Positions 62,142 through 64,000 of a DNA stretch of 64,000 nucleotides are shown here, piece by piece (positions within the stretch are counted from its first letter, which is position 1; every line of letters begins with the position of its first letter). The notes under the pieces were generated by a model. That model made no database searches. It saw nothing but the letters and a program-made list of their open reading frames with translations, and was not told where the DNA came from. Source of the DNA: Mytilus californianus (lineage: Eukaryota); contig NW_026262690.1 in the NCBI RefSeq assembly GCF_021869535.1, positions 91,822,001 to 91,886,000 on the forward strand, read 5' to 3'. A program made the position numbers and the translations under genes.

Positions 62142-64000
62142 TAGGAATCGAAACGGTATTTGGAAAGCCATACAATTTACCCCAATTTAGGATAGACTCT
62201 TGAATTTTAAGGAGTCAAAATAGGATGAACGGATCATATAAACCCGAAGGCAAATATAATACAAGCCCAAACGAAAAAATATAAACAAGTCTAAATTGAA
62301 AACAACGTTCAAACCTATGATTGCGTTGGATAAAAACCGCAATTTTTATACGTGTGCATGCAAAACAAATTTCTTGTTAGAGGGGTCTAAATACAGCACA
62401 AACAACATTTTCCAAAAGACCAAAAGAGTGAAAAAGTATATTTTAACAAAACGCATTTGACTAACAGGTCGAACAACAAATGTTCTTAAACCCTGCTGAC
62501 TGCCATTGGCGATTGCCAAATAAACGGATCACCGATGTAATAAATGGATCTTAAATATAAATTTAATACTAAACAGAAAACAATAAACTTGCGGAAAAGA
62601 TGTTATACCGCAAACAAAAGGTGCAAAGGTTTTTGTACACCATATCCGGATTTCGACAATTAATGTCTCTTCAGTGATGTTAGGAATCGAAACGGTATTT
62701 GGAAAGCCATACAATTTACCTCAATTTAGGATAGACTCTTGAATTTTAAGGAGTCAAAATAGGATGAACGGATCATATAAACCCGAAGGCAAATATAATA
62801 CAAGCCCAAACGAAAAAATATAAACAAGTCTAAATTGAAAACAACGTTCAAACCTATGATTGCGTTGGATAAAAACTGCAATTTTTATACGTGTGCATGC
62901 AAAACAAATTTCTTGTTAGAGGGGTCTAAATACAGCACAAACAACATTTTCCAAAAGACCAAAAGAGTGAAAAAGTATATTTTAACAAAACGCATTTGAC
63001 TAACAGGTCGAACAACAAATGTTCTTAAACCCTGCTGACTGCCATTGGCGATTGCCAAATAAACGGATCACCGATGTAATAAATGGATCTTAAATATAAA
63101 TTTAATACTAAACAGAAAACAATAAACTTGCGGAAAAGATGTTATACCGCAAACAAAAGGTGCAAAGGTTTTTGTACACCATATCCGGATTTCGACAATT
63201 AATGTCTCTTCAGTGATGTTAGGAATCGAAACGGTATTTGGAAAGCCATACAATTTACCTCAATTTAGGATAGACTCTTGAATTTTAAGGAGTCAAAATA
63301 GGATGAACGGATCATATAAACCCGAAGGCAAATATAATACAAGCCCAAACGAAAAAATATATACAAGTCTAAATTGAAAACAACGTTCAAACCTATGATT
63401 GCGTTGATTAAAAACCGCAATTTTTATACGTGTGCATGCAAAACAAATTTCTTGTTAGAGGGGTCTAAATACAGCACAAACAACATTTTCAAAAAGACCA
63501 AAAGAGTGAAAAAGTATATTTTAACAAAACGCATTTGACTAACAGGTCGAACAACAAATGTTCTTAAACCCTGCTGACTGCCATTGGCGATTGCCAAATA
63601 AACGGATCACCGATGTAATAAATGGATCTTAAATATAAATTTAATACTAAACAGAAAACAATAAACTTGCGGAAAAGATGTAATATCGCAAACAAAAGGT
63701 GCAAAGGTTTTTGTAAACCATATCCGGATTTTGACAATTAATGTCTCTTCAGTGATGTTAGGAATCGAAACGGTATTTGGAAAGCCATACAATTTACCTC
63801 AATTTAGGATAGACTCTTGAATTTTAAGGAGTCAAAATAGGATGAACGGATCATATAAACCCGAAGGCAAATATAATACAAGCCCAAACGAAAAAATATA
63901 TACAAGTCTAAATTGAAAACAACGTTCAAACCTATGATTGAGTTGGATAAAAACCGCAATTTTTATACGTGTGCATGCAAAACAAATTTCTTGTTAGAGG

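Larger units (their letters stand above)
60130..64000 (-). mobile_element. 539-bp tandem array of hammerhead-bearing units (non-LTR retrozyme-like), 7 full units plus a partial, running off the window
   Basis: CAAGTCTAAATTG starts at 60130, 60669, 61208, 61747, 62286, 62825, 63364 and 63903; one hammerhead per unit on the - strand; preceded by (TA)12 at 60106-60129. Confidence 0.9.

Noticed and set aside
60373-63792. Repeated 61-aa ORF MYGFPNTVSIPNITEETL... on the - strand
   Set aside because: A by-product of the 539-bp repeat; it overlaps the ribozyme, is broken in unit 3 and resembles no protein I recognise

Overview
AT-rich, repeat-dense, intron-containing eukaryotic DNA. The repeat families suggest a bivalve mollusc, probably a Mytilus mussel (inferred from recalled repeat motifs, not from a database search). 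Two spliced + strand genes can be rebuilt by hand. The first is a ~203-aa single-pass membrane protein with a tyrosine-rich tail (13711-24764). The second is a secreted coiled-coil plus fibrinogen-related domain protein (FReP; from 47357, continuing past the window) with a tandem-duplicated exon and a frameshift in the first fibrinogen exon. There is also an orphan, decayed heme-peroxidase exon on the - strand. The most notable signal is a 539-bp tandem array (60130-64000) that looks like a plain satellite. Every unit carries a minimal type I hammerhead ribozyme on the - strand, so it is a non-LTR retrozyme-like array. A 2-ribozyme inverted copy lies at 41.9-42.9 kb, and related solo hammerheads lie at 12.45 kb and 23.66 kb. 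The rest is MITEs, Helentron-associated (HINE-like) elements, tRNA-derived SINEs, a Ginger-type deletion derivative, LINE and Penelope-like RT remnants, and minisatellites. All alignments and folds were done by eye; no software or database was run.
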